Shown here one piece after another: positions 17,370 through 27,120 of a DNA stretch of 64,000 nt. The notes beneath the pieces are model-generated. The model saw only the letters and a program-made list of their open reading frames with translations. It was not told the origin of the DNA and ran no database searches. The stretch spans positions 11,574 to 75,573 of the forward strand of contig JBFLWK010000004.1 in assembly GCA_040757695.1 (NCBI GenBank), written 5' to 3'. Every line of letters starts with the position of its first letter. Position 1 is the first letter of the stretch. Source of the DNA: Elusimicrobiota bacterium. GTDB lineage: Bacteria > Elusimicrobiota > UBA8919. The translations under genes and the position numbers were made by a program.

Positions 17370-17416
17370 TAATTTTTTGTTAAAATCTTTTCGTGTAAAT
17401 TTGTGTTCATTCGTGG
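17338..17416. repeat. 10-nt-periodic hairpin (CACGAAT units) starting in the tmk stop codon
   Basis: AACCACGAATTAACACGAATAAACAC ... TTCGTGTAAATTTGTGTTCATTCGTGG. Confidence 0.85.
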
Positions 17417-17437
17417 CTATAATTTATAATTTCCTAT

Positions 17438-18295
17438 ATGCAAATTATAGGTCATAAAAAACAGGTAGAAATGCTTTTTTCAGCAGTAAATAATAAAAAG
17501 GTTCATTCTGCCTATTTGTTTGTAGGGCAGGTTGGGATTGGTAAGAAACTGGTTGCTTTAGAGTTTGCCAAAATGTTAAACTGCCAGAATAAAACCAGCA
17601 GTTCTCAAAAAAAAGCATGTGGAGAATGTATCTCATGCCGAAAAATAGAGTCCGCTACACACCCTGATGTGATAACGATTCCCATTTTAGAAGATAAATC
17701 ATGGATTTCAATTGACCAGATAAGAGATATGATTAAGGGCTTACAATTCCGTGCTGTGATGGGTGGTTATAATGTCCGAATAATTGATGATGCACATTTA
17801 ATAAAAGAAGAATCCGCCAGTGCACTATTAAAGATACTTGAAGAACCACCAACTCAAACTGTCATAATTCTTATCACATCAATACCTGGCTCGCTGCCAC
17901 GCACAATAATTTCACGATGTGTCACAGTTCATTTTAGTACGCTTTCTGACGCCGAAATAAAGAATGAGATTAGAAAATATAACCTAACTGATGAAGAACT
18001 GAATTTCATAACCTCTGTTGCTATAGGTTCACTTGGTAAAGCACTGGAATTTGTAAATGATAAGGATTTAATATCAGAATATAGGAATGTTTTTGCTGAT
18101 TTTATAAATGGACATTATACGACCAAAAAATTTAACAGAAAAGAAGTTATCAAATTCCTGGATATACTTGCAAGTCAGACAAGAATAAATAACATTCAGA
18201 AACTGGAAAATGTGTTAAGAATAAAAAACTATATCAGACGGAATGCGAATATATCGTTAGCATTAGAAGTATTAAGGATGAGTTTGTCGGGGTGA
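17438..18295 (+). CDS. holB: DNA polymerase III delta' subunit
   Basis: HAYLFVGQVGIGK, CGECISCRKI zinc module and LLKILEEPP. Confidence 0.85.
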   Translation: MQIIGHKKQVEMLFSAVNNKKVHSAYLFVGQVGIGKKLVALEFAKMLNCQNKTSSSQKKACGECISCRKIESATHPDVITIPILEDKSWISIDQIRDMIKGLQFRAVMGGYNVRIIDDAHLIKEESASALLKILEEPPTQTVIILITSIPGSLPRTIISRCVTVHFSTLSDAEIKNEIRKYNLTDEELNFITSVAIGSLGKALEFVNDKDLISEYRNVFADFINGHYTTKKFNRKEVIKFLDILASQTRINNIQKLENVLRIKNYIRRNANISLALEVLRMSLSG

Positions 18296-18316
18296 GCGAA
18301 GCGAAAGGAAAAAATT

Positions 18317-19105
18317 ATGCCGCTTGCTGTTGGTGTGCAGGTAAGAAGGACAAAAGATATAGTTTATTGTGATGCTGGTTCTATTGATGTATCAATGAAT
18401 AGTATTCTTGTGGTTGAGACGGAAAACGGATTAGAAGTTGGCACTGTAGTAATCCCGGAACAGATGTTAGAGATAAAAACAAAAGAACCACTGAAAAAAG
18501 TTGTTCGGCTTTTTACAGACGAGGATGCCAAGCAGATTGAAGAGAACAAATTAGCTGCCAAAAAGGCGCTTCCGATTGTGATAGAAAAAATAGAAAAACT
18601 AGGGCTTAAAATGAACCTTTCAATGATAGAGTATACCTTTGAACGATTCAAACTTTTTATCTATTACACAGCGGAAGAACGGGTTGATTTCCGTGAACTG
18701 CTGAAAGAATTAGGTGCGGTGCTTAAAACAAGAATCCAAATGGTTCAGATTGGTGTTCGGGATGAGGTAAAAATTTTAGGCTCACTTGGTCATTGTGGTG
18801 AAATTTGCTGCTGTCAGCGGTTTTTGAAAGATTTTACATCAGTAACCGCCGATATGGCAAAAGAACAGAACCTTGCTGTTAACCCCGCCAAAATTTCCGG
18901 GGTTTGCGGAAGGCTTATGTGTTGCCTGGCGTTTGAACATAGTTTTTATATTTCTGCTGGTAAAAACTATCCATCAGTAGGCGATGAAATTACGCTTCCA
19001 GAAGGCAAAGGGAAGATATCAGGTATTAATATCTTCAAGTCAGAAGTTACCGTGCAGTTTGAAGATGGGCGTGCTAAAAAATTTCATCCTGCACAGCTAA
19101 AATAG
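18317..19105 (+). CDS. ricT: PSP1-domain protein (RicT/YaaT family)
   Basis: PSP1 C-terminal domain with CGRLMCCLAFE. Conserved tmk-holB-ricT-metG order. Confidence 0.85.
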   Translation: MPLAVGVQVRRTKDIVYCDAGSIDVSMNSILVVETENGLEVGTVVIPEQMLEIKTKEPLKKVVRLFTDEDAKQIEENKLAAKKALPIVIEKIEKLGLKMNLSMIEYTFERFKLFIYYTAEERVDFRELLKELGAVLKTRIQMVQIGVRDEVKILGSLGHCGEICCCQRFLKDFTSVTADMAKEQNLAVNPAKISGVCGRLMCCLAFEHSFYISAGKNYPSVGDEITLPEGKGKISGINIFKSEVTVQFEDGRAKKFHPAQLK

Positions 19106-19109
19106 AAAA

Positions 19110-20537
19110 ATGGGAAAAATATTTTATATTACAACGCCACTGTATTATGTAAATGACAAACCACATCTAGGACATTCCTATACAACGATTGCGGCTGATG
19201 TGCTTGCCAGATATTACCGTTCAAAAAAGATTGATATATTTTTTTTGACAGGCACTGACGAGCATGGCGCAAAAATTGAAGAATCAGCCCAACAGAATAA
19301 TTATGAAACACAGCAATGGGCAGATAAAATTGTTGACGAGTTCAAACTACTCTGGCAGCGGTTGAATATTTCATATAACGATTTTATCAGAACAACTGAA
19401 TATAGACATATAAAAAAGGTTCAATCTGTTTTTGAGCAGTTGCTTAAAAACGGTAATATCTACAAAGGTAAATATATTGGCTGGTATTGTGTTGCGTGTG
19501 AATCATACTATACAGATACCCAACTTATAGACGCGAAATGCCCTGATTGTGGAAAAGATGTAAAACGGTTAGAGGAAGATTCGTATTTTTTTCAGTTAGC
19601 AAAATATCAAAATATACTGCTTGAACATTACGAACAGAATCCGAATTTTATGCAGCCGTCCTGGCGTGCTTCTGAAATCGTAAACTTTGTCAAATCAGGG
19701 CTGAAAGATTTAGCCATTTCAAGAAAAAATGTGAGATGGGGAATCCCTGTACCTGACGATGAAACTTATACAATTTATGTCTGGTTTGATGCATTGCTTA
19801 ATTATATTTCTGCTGCTGAAGAAAAAAACATCTGGCCTTGTGATGTACATTTCGTGGGTAAAGAAATTTTTAAGTTCCACACAGTTGTCTGGCCTGCAAT
19901 GCTTTTAGCATTAGGGATACCACTGCCGAAAACAGTTTTTGCGCATGGTTGGTGGACGGTCAATGGCGAAAAGATGTCAAAATCAAAAGGTAATTTTGTT
20001 GACCCGCATAATTTTATTGATAAATACGGCTGTGATGCTTATAGATATTTTGTTATACGGCAGATACCATTCGGGCAGGATGGCGATTTTTCAGAACGAA
20101 GTTTTCAGGAAAGATATAACACCGACCTCGCTAATAATTTAGGTAACCTTATATCCCGCATATTTTCAATGGTAGAAAAGTATTCCTTACAAAATGTTGT
20201 TCCGAAAGCATGTAGTGAATTTTCTATCGGCAGATTACTGAATAGTTTTGATGACAGATTTACAAAAAGCATGGAAAATATTGAATTAACAGCATCACTT
20301 GAATTGATATGGGAAATTATTGATGAAGCGAACAGAGTGATTGATTCTGAAAAACCGTGGCTTCTTTTTAAGACAGACCCAAAACGGCTACAATTTGTTT
20401 TTGAGAACCTTTTTTCAGTAGTTGAAACAATCGCAAAAGCAATAGGTCCATTTATGCCTGATACAGCAGAGAAACTGAAAAAAATAATCGCTGAAAAACA
20501 GGTTCAAAAACCGCTTTTTCCGAGAATAAATGATTGA
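19110..20537 (+). CDS. metG: methionine--tRNA ligase (short form)
   Basis: PHLGHSYT (HIGH), KMSKSKGN (KMSKS) and a zinc knuckle CVACESYY...CPDCG. Confidence 0.93.
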   Translation: MGKIFYITTPLYYVNDKPHLGHSYTTIAADVLARYYRSKKIDIFFLTGTDEHGAKIEESAQQNNYETQQWADKIVDEFKLLWQRLNISYNDFIRTTEYRHIKKVQSVFEQLLKNGNIYKGKYIGWYCVACESYYTDTQLIDAKCPDCGKDVKRLEEDSYFFQLAKYQNILLEHYEQNPNFMQPSWRASEIVNFVKSGLKDLAISRKNVRWGIPVPDDETYTIYVWFDALLNYISAAEEKNIWPCDVHFVGKEIFKFHTVVWPAMLLALGIPLPKTVFAHGWWTVNGEKMSKSKGNFVDPHNFIDKYGCDAYRYFVIRQIPFGQDGDFSERSFQERYNTDLANNLGNLISRIFSMVEKYSLQNVVPKACSEFSIGRLLNSFDDRFTKSMENIELTASLELIWEIIDEANRVIDSEKPWLLFKTDPKRLQFVFENLFSVVETIAKAIGPFMPDTAEKLKKIIAEKQVQKPLFPRIND

Positions 20538-20557
20538 TGGGGGCGGGAGGAGGTGCA

Positions 20558-21133
20558 ATGTTTAACGACATAATCAAATTCGGGCGTGAGATGATGTTTC
20601 AGGGGCTTAATAATTCGCATAGCGGGAATGTCTCGTGCCGCCGAGCAAATACGATTTATATCACCCGACACGGTGCACGGCTTGGCGATTTATCATATCA
20701 AGATTTTGTAGCAGTAAATCTCAAAGACGAAAAAAGAGATAAAGATGCATCAGTTGAAATTAAAGCACACCGTGCAATTTATCTCGCAAACTCTGAAGTT
20801 CAAGCGATAATACACGCGCATCCGCCCAACGCAATTGCGCTTTCATTAAACTGCGAAAAAATAATACCGATTGATATGGAAGGGAATTACTATCTACCTG
20901 AAATACCTGTTTTAACAGAATGTAAAGAGACAATCTCATCAGAATGTGTTGCCGAGAATCTACCGCAAATGTTAGGTAAATACAAGGTTGTTGTCGTAAA
21001 AGGGCATGGTAGTTTTGCAGTTGGCAAAAATTTTGAAGAAGCATATCTGTATACTTCTGTCTGTGAAAGTGCATCTAAGATAATTATCTTCAATAGAATA
21101 ACGCAGATGAAATCAGCGGTAATCAGCGATTAA
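20558..21133 (+). CDS. class II aldolase/adducin-family protein
   Basis: NSHSGNVS, HAHPPNA and VKGHGSFAVG motifs. GGGAGGAGG SD before ATG 20558. The C-terminus is encoded by a repeat. Confidence 0.8.
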   Translation: MFNDIIKFGREMMFQGLNNSHSGNVSCRRANTIYITRHGARLGDLSYQDFVAVNLKDEKRDKDASVEIKAHRAIYLANSEVQAIIHAHPPNAIALSLNCEKIIPIDMEGNYYLPEIPVLTECKETISSECVAENLPQMLGKYKVVVVKGHGSFAVGKNFEEAYLYTSVCESASKIIIFNRITQMKSAVISD

Positions 21134-21153
21134 AATCAGCGGCAATCTGCGTT
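21100..21153. repeat. CGCAGAT/ATCAGCG hairpin overlapping the aldolase 3' end
   Basis: AACGCAGATGAAATCAGCGGTAATCAGCGATTAAAATCAGCGGCAATCTGCGTT. Encodes ...TQMKSAVISD*. Confidence 0.85.
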
Positions 21154-21168
21154 AAAAAAGGAGTTGAA

Positions 21169-21618
21169 ATGACGAAAAAAATTCTGTTATGGGCTGGGTT
21201 TATTATCGGTATCGTGATTGTTGCATTCCCATCGTTGATGCTTGTAGAACGGATTCGGAAAGTGGCAGTAAAAAAAGGAAAACCTAAAGAACCGATAAAA
21301 CAGGAAATAACACAAAAACCAGAACCTGTAAAAGAAAAAAGCAACTATCCAAAAATAACAGAAAACGGTGTTGTTTTCCAGTATAAAGATGATACTGCAC
21401 AGAAAGTTTTTGTTGCTGGAACTTTTAATAACTGGGATGGCAGACAAGGTATAATGACGAAAAATGCTGATGGTGTGTGGGAATCAATATTAAAAGTTAA
21501 ACCAGGCAGATATAATTATAAATTCAAAGCAGATGGTAATTGGGTGATAGACCCACAGAATCCTGTCTCGGCTGACGATGGTAAAGGTGGTCGGGTGTCA
21601 GTACTGATTGTAGAATGA
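21169..21618 (+). CDS. membrane-anchored CBM48/E-set (glycogen-binding-like) domain protein
   Basis: VFVAGTFNNWD...MTKNADGVWE...PGRYNYKFKADGNWVIDPQNP. Confidence 0.75.
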   Translation: MTKKILLWAGFIIGIVIVAFPSLMLVERIRKVAVKKGKPKEPIKQEITQKPEPVKEKSNYPKITENGVVFQYKDDTAQKVFVAGTFNNWDGRQGIMTKNADGVWESILKVKPGRYNYKFKADGNWVIDPQNPVSADDGKGGRVSVLIVE

Positions 21619-22973
21619 AACAGTATTTATTTCTTATCGCTTATTTCTTATCGCTTATCTCTTATACATATTGTTCCGTTATTTACATAAATACTGAAGA
21701 AGATATTAAAAATTTTAGTATTGCGCTCTCAACAACTGCCAAAAATATTTTTGTAATTCCATCAGACCTATTAAAAAATCTTTCTGACGAGAATAAGTTA
21801 ACTATAAAAAAAATGAAAACGGATAATCTTGCCGAATTTGCTGGGACCACCTATACAGAAGTGCTACTGCCACTGCTTTACAAAGCCCAACTTGTAGCCG
21901 ATGTTCAACAGCAGATTAATAAAGGCAGACAGGTTTATTCTGAAGTTTTTGACGAAGAGCCAGTTGTTTTTTGTCCATATATGGGAATTGTTGCCCAAGA
22001 AGTTTTAGAATTAGTAAACCAAACTGGTTACACTGTTTTTATTTCTTCTTCAGGTGAACCTGTAGAACTAAAAAATATACCAGTATTATCAGCGCCGGAT
22101 TTGTCTCGCTGGCTTGATGCTCCTATTCAGAAACTTGCGTGGAATTACATACAACAGACACGGACAAAATTAGACGAATATGCCGATTCTGAATCATATA
22201 CTACTGAAAAATATGATGCGGTATTAGAAGAACTCTATCTTTTAGAAAAACCGATATGGTATGAAAATTATGTATCAGTTGATACTGATAGAAAAAAAGA
22301 GAATGATATGTGGTTTCGTGCGGGGCTGTCAAATATATATCGTGTAGTTGGTTTGCAACCACCGTCAGAAATATCAGTACCATTTTTTGGTTTGGTAGCA
22401 GATTTCTCAGGAACTAATATACCAGCCGGGAACCATGGCGATTACCTTGTTTACTTTGAAGACAGCGAAATTTTGAGTTCTTCTTCCTCCATCTGTAATA
22501 TAACGGCGTTTGGTGTCCAGAAATCATCGGATATTCTTATTTTTGATATTTTTGTATCTTCTCAAGAAACAGAAACTATAGATGTCTATATTGATATGAA
22601 CAAAAAAAATAATGTTGGTAGTACTGCCTTCCTTGCAGGGCATAGCGGTTTTACTGATTCTGTTTCTGCTTGGGAGTATGCGATTTCTGTTTCTACTATT
22701 GCTGCCGAACTTTTCAGATATAACAGAAACGATTTACCAACCCGATTGCGAGTATTTGGCGTTGAACTAACAGGGGGGGTAGGGGGGGGAGGGGGAGTAG
22801 AGAGTAAAAAAGTTAGAATAGGAATCCCACAAAATTATATACGAGGAAATCCTAAAAACTGGGGCTATGTTGTCTGCGGGTTTCTGCCATCAGGCGAGGT
22901 TTTTGATGCTGTGGGGTATAATGTGTCTTCACCAGAAACAGTTATACAAATTCCAGCATTAAGAACAAAATAA
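21615..22973 (+). CDS. secreted hypothetical protein, C-terminal part resembles the glucodextranase-like C domain
   Basis: Signal peptide. IDVYIDMNKKNNVGSTAFLAGHSG...AWEYAISVS recalled from memory as Glucodextran_C-like. Contains a poly-G insert. Confidence 0.4.
   Translation: MKQYLFLIAYFLSLISYTYCSVIYINTEEDIKNFSIALSTTAKNIFVIPSDLLKNLSDENKLTIKKMKTDNLAEFAGTTYTEVLLPLLYKAQLVADVQQQINKGRQVYSEVFDEEPVVFCPYMGIVAQEVLELVNQTGYTVFISSSGEPVELKNIPVLSAPDLSRWLDAPIQKLAWNYIQQTRTKLDEYADSESYTTEKYDAVLEELYLLEKPIWYENYVSVDTDRKKENDMWFRAGLSNIYRVVGLQPPSEISVPFFGLVADFSGTNIPAGNHGDYLVYFEDSEILSSSSSICNITAFGVQKSSDILIFDIFVSSQETETIDVYIDMNKKNNVGSTAFLAGHSGFTDSVSAWEYAISVSTIAAELFRYNRNDLPTRLRVFGVELTGGVGGGGGVESKKVRIGIPQNYIRGNPKNWGYVVCGFLPSGEVFDAVGYNVSSPETVIQIPALRTK
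21633..21667 (+). repeat. 14-nt tandem (CTTATCGCTTATNT) in the signal peptide
   Basis: CTTATCGCTTATTT CTTATCGCTTATCT CTTATAC encodes LIAYFLSLISYT. Confidence 0.8.
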
Positions 22974-23002
22974 GTTTTGCTCGTCGGTAATTTTTGGTTT
23001 TT

Positions 23003-23026
23003 CAATTAGGACAAATGTACTAATTG
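23003..23026. repeat. TTAG-AC AAWT GTACTAA palindrome family, imperfect member
   Basis: CAATTAGGACAAATGTACTAATTG followed by GAAATTTTAGGATTTAGAG. Confidence 0.7.
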
Positions 23027-23155
23027 AAATTTTAGGATTTAGAGTTTGGAATTTGTCTTGCTTCGCCAATGCTCCGTAGGACTATTCTCCGAAGCTTTAG
23101 CGAATGAGAATGTTTGTAATTTGTAATTTGTAATTTGTAGTTATTGGGGGTGTTT

Positions 23156-24666
23156 ATGACCAATACGAATTCTGCACGAAAAAATTTTTTCTGGACGGTT
23201 GTTATTTTAGGTTTAGTTATTTTAGCATTTGCTATTGGTAAATCGCAAAAAAAACAGAACACATCGCTTGGGATTAAAACATCTGTCTCACAGGAGGTCT
23301 TGAATCTGCAGGAAGCATTTGTTAATGTAGCAGAAGAGGTGAAGCCAGCGGTTGTATCAATTTATACCGAGCAGATTATAAAAGAAATAGTGCCGTTTGA
23401 TTTTTTCTTCTCAGACCCGTTTGACGATTTTTTTGACGATTTTTTTGGTCAGCCGTTGCCTCGTCGGCAAAAACCTCAAAAAAAGTACTATAACCAGCGA
23501 AGGATTGAAGGTGCGGGAAGCGGTGTTGTGATAGACCAGGATGGCTATATTCTTACAAATTATCACGTTGTGAAAGAGGCAGAAAAAATTACTGTAAAAC
23601 TTGCAGATGACAGAGAATATACTGGAAAGGTTATTGGCAAAGATGCCAAAACGGATTTAGCAGTAGTAAAGATAAAAGCACCTAAAAAACTTGCGGTCGC
23701 TAAATTAGGCGATTCAGATAAGATTCGTGTTGGCGATTGGGCGATTGCGATTGGTTCGCCTTTCGGGTTAGAACAAACGGTTACCGTCGGCATCATTTCA
23801 GCAAAAAGACAGAATATAAAAGCGCAAGGGAATGTGTATCGCGATGTTATTCAGACGGACGCGTCTATAAACCGCGGTAATTCCGGTGGCCCGCTTGTTA
23901 ATATACATGGCGAGGTTGTTGGTATCAATACACTTATTTACAGTCAATCCGGTGGGTCTGTTGGTGTTGGTTTTGCAATACCGATAAATCGTGCGAAAGA
24001 GATTTTGGAGCCGCTCATTTCCAAAGGGAAAGTAGACAGAGGGTTTCTTGGCGTCAATATAAAGAAGGTTGATGAGGTGATTGCCCGACAGTCGCAACTT
24101 AAAGCGCCTGCGGGTGTTCTTGTAGAAAATGTGTTAGAAAATACCGCAGCTGATAAAGCAGGTATCAAACGTGGCGATATCATTTTAGAATTTGATGGCA
24201 AAAAAATTGATACACCAGAAAAACTGCAGGATACCGTAGCGGCTGCTCCACCAAATAAAAAAGTGGATGTTGTTATTTGGCGGGATGGTTCCCAAAAGAC
24301 GATTTCGGTTATTCTTGGTGAATGGCCTGAAAGTATTACTCAAGCTCCATCAAGACCAGAATCAGAAAAGGAAAAAACTGCCCAATGGCTTGGTATGAAA
24401 GTAAAACAATTCTCAAAAGAACTGGCAGAAGAATTGAATATTTCGCCAGACGAACAGGGTGTTGTGGTTGTTGAGATAGAAAACAACTCAAAAGCAGCCG
24501 AGATGGGACTTTATACAGGCGATATCATAAGAGCAATCAATCGGACAAAAACAACTACACTCGCCGAATTTGAGTCAGTAACAAAGAAGATATCTTTTTC
24601 TGAAGGTATACTGTTTGATATCAACCGAGGCGGGAACTTAATATACAGAACATATATAGAAAAATA

Positions 24667-24667
<1 letters not shown>
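23156..24667 (+). CDS. htrA: HtrA/DegP-family serine protease with two PDZ domains
   Basis: TNYHVV (His), DLAVVKI (Asp), GNSGGPL (Ser) and two PDZ regions. Confidence 0.9.
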
Positions 24668-24739
<72 letters not shown>

Positions 24740-24761
24740 TTTTGATTTTGTAATTTTTTTC

Positions 24762-24789
24762 TTGACTTTTTCATAATTTTTGCTATAAT
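24762..24789 (+). promoter_or_regulatory. sigma70-like promoter
   Basis: TTGACT, 16-nt spacer, TATAAT, then AAGGAG SD and ATG 24809. Confidence 0.55.
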
Positions 24790-24808
24790 CTTTATAAAGG
24801 AGAATTTT

Positions 24809-25291
24809 ATGCTGAAGATTGTACTGTTGTTAATAATAAGTTTCAGATTTCAGTGTGGTATGCTTTTTTCTCAGGAAATCAGTATGGAAGACAAAATGAT
24901 TGGCTATACATTAAAGACATTAGCAAAATCATATCTTGCTGCAACTGATATCAATAAGTTGAAAAAAAACAGTATTGATAAACTCATCAAAATAGATAAT
25001 GTAAAATTCCAGAAGCAGTATGCAAAGGTCTATGAAGACCTCAAAAACTTACCTGAGCCGATTAAAGCCAAATATGAAATTACTGCAAAAATGACCCGAA
25101 AACAAGCAATGAGACTTATAGCCCGCATGAATAAGAAAAAACTTTACGAAATAATAGATGCTATTCCACATAAAGTCATTGCTGATAGAGTTAAGCAATC
25201 TATTACCGGTAAAAAAGAAGAAAAAGGCAGTACAACTAAACAACTGAAAGATGTTTGGAATAAAGCAGTAAAAGAGTTAGAAGAAAAATGA
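24809..25291 (+). CDS. secreted hypothetical protein
   Basis: Signal peptide followed by a lysine-rich helical protein. No family recognised. Confidence 0.5.
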   Translation: MLKIVLLLIISFRFQCGMLFSQEISMEDKMIGYTLKTLAKSYLAATDINKLKKNSIDKLIKIDNVKFQKQYAKVYEDLKNLPEPIKAKYEITAKMTRKQAMRLIARMNKKKLYEIIDAIPHKVIADRVKQSITGKKEEKGSTTKQLKDVWNKAVKELEEK

Positions 25292-25312
25292 ATTAGTCCA
25301 ATTGGACTAATT
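25291..25312. repeat. perfect 22-nt palindrome of the TTAGTNC AATT GNACTAA family
   Basis: AATTAGTCCAATTGGACTAATT, starting in the stop codon of the upstream gene. Confidence 0.85.
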
Positions 25313-25374
25313 GAAAATTCAGGATTTAGAATTTGGAGTTTGGGATTTGGAATTTGCCGTTAAAAGGGGGCTAT

Positions 25375-26418
25375 ATGTCAAAAGTAGAAAAATCAGACAA
25401 AGAAAAAGCATTAGAGTTGGCGCTTTCACAGATAGAAAAAGAATACGGGAAAGGTGCAGTGATGCGACTTGGCGAAAGCCCACACCAGAAAGTAGAAGCA
25501 ATACCGACGGGCATCATCGGGCTTGATGTTGCAATTGGTGTTGGCGGTATCCCTAAAGGCAGAATCATAGAACTTTTCGGGCCTGAGTCATCAGGCAAAT
25601 CAACACTCTGTCTTCAACTTATTTCCAGTTGCCAGAAATTAGGCGGCACCTGTGCATATGTAGATGCTGAACATGCGATGGATCCTGTTTATGCGACAAG
25701 GTTAGGTGTTGATATTGATAAACTTATTATTTCTCAGCCGGATAGTGGTGAGCAGGCACTTGAAATTACTGAAAAACTCGTCCGAAGTAACGCAGTTGAT
25801 ATAATCATCATTGATTCCGTTGCTGCGCTTACGCCGAGAGCAGAAATAGAAGGTGAAATGGGCGAAGCGCATATGGGGCTTCAGGCACGGCTGATGTCTC
25901 AAGCGTTGAGAAAACTTACTGCAATTGTCTCAAAATCCAAAACATCCATTATTTTTATCAACCAAATCAGACAGAAAATAGGTGTAATGTTCGGTAACCC
26001 CGAAACCACAACGGGTGGTCTCGCATTAAAATTCTATGCATCAATTAGAATGGATATACGAAGAGTCACAACACTCAAAGAGGGTGATGAAGCGGTTGGG
26101 ACTCGTGTTCGTGTGAAAGTTGTAAAGAACAAAATTGCACCACCATTCAAGCAAACAGAGTTTGAAATGAAATTCGGTGAAGGGATTTCACCTGAAGGAA
26201 GTATTATTGATACTGGTATTGAGTATAGTATTGTTGAAAAAAGTGGCAGTTGGTTTGTGTATAAAAATGAACGATTAGGGCAGGGGATGGATAATGCAAA
26301 AACATTTTTGAGAGAAAATCCGAAAATTGCTGATGAAATAAAAAAAGCAATTTTTGAAAAAACACTTGGCACACCTGCTGTAGAAAAAGACGAAAAGAAA
26401 GAAAAGAAAATAACATAA
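25375..26418 (+). CDS. recA: recombinase RecA
   Basis: [24 protein letters not shown] and [12 protein letters not shown] 25375 follows AAAGGGGG. Confidence 0.95.
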   Translation: MSKVEKSDKEKALELALSQIEKEYGKGAVMRLGESPHQKVEAIPTGIIGLDVAIGVGGIPKGRIIELFGPESSGKSTLCLQLISSCQKLGGTCAYVDAEHAMDPVYATRLGVDIDKLIISQPDSGEQALEITEKLVRSNAVDIIIIDSVAALTPRAEIEGEMGEAHMGLQARLMSQALRKLTAIVSKSKTSIIFINQIRQKIGVMFGNPETTTGGLALKFYASIRMDIRRVTTLKEGDEAVGTRVRVKVVKNKIAPPFKQTEFEMKFGEGISPEGSIIDTGIEYSIVEKSGSWFVYKNERLGQGMDNAKTFLRENPKIADEIKKAIFEKTLGTPAVEKDEKKEKKIT

Positions 26419-26832
26419 ATGGGAAGATTATTCAGATTTGGCGTCTCGCTGGACAGCGAACTGCTTAAGAAGTTTGACGAACTAATCAATAGCCGCAATT
26501 ATACCAATCGTTCAAAGGCGATTGCCGATTTAATTCGTAAAGAATTTGTGACGGAACAGTGGAGAAAAGGTGGCGAAATCGCGGGTGCGATTACTCTCGT
26601 GTATGACCATCATAAGAGAGAACTGGTAAATAAACTTACCGATATCCAGCACGATTTTCAGGAAATTGTAATTTCAACCCAGCACATACATTTAGACCAT
26701 GATAACTGTCTGGAAATAATCGCAGTGAAAGGCAGGGCAGCCGAAGTCGAAAAACTGGCGAATACCTTAAAATCAATAAAAGGTGTAAAACATGGAACAT
26801 TAAGCGTATCTACGACAGGGAAAGAGTTTTAA
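26419..26832 (+). CDS. nikR: nickel-responsive regulator NikR (ribbon-helix-helix + ACT-like)
   Basis: RFGVSLDSELLKKFDELI RHH N-terminus and HxHxDHDNCLE metal-site region. Confidence 0.85.
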   Translation: MGRLFRFGVSLDSELLKKFDELINSRNYTNRSKAIADLIRKEFVTEQWRKGGEIAGAITLVYDHHKRELVNKLTDIQHDFQEIVISTQHIHLDHDNCLEIIAVKGRAAEVEKLANTLKSIKGVKHGTLSVSTTGKEF

Positions 26833-26885
26833 TTTTTTTTCTTTGTGAGTAGCACGAATTTTATTTTTGTAGCAATTATAAAAAA

Positions 26886-26967
26886 GGAATTTGCGGAATG
26901 GCGGGTTTTAACCTGCCGTCAATGGAGCAAATTCACACAATAATGTAGCACCCAATTTTAATCGGGT
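26886..26967 (+). ncRNA. candidate structured element: outer stem + variable hairpin + 32-nt conserved core + variable hairpin (partner at 32881-32961)
   Basis: GGAATTTGC...GCAAATTC outer stem, core GTCAATGGAGCAAATTCACACAATAATGTAGC, flanking hairpins GGCGGGTTTTAACCTGCC and ACCCAATTTTAATCGGGT. Confidence 0.45.
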
Positions 26968-27120
26968 TAATAGGAGGTAGTGTGTATGAATGTAAAAAAG
27001 GCGGAAGTACAGTTCTGCTCATAACCCACGGTTTTAACCGTGGGTGAACGATGTGAATAGAACTGCGTTCCGCCAGAAACATTATAGTAAATTTGTGGCT
27101 TGGTTGCAAGTGGAAAAATC

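Noticed and set aside
26984-27023. NikR operator-like half sites GTATGA ... TCATA downstream of nikR
   Set aside because: The half sites are 29 nt apart, not the 16-nt spacing of the E. coli-type operator, and the right half is imperfect. This is not enough to call a site.
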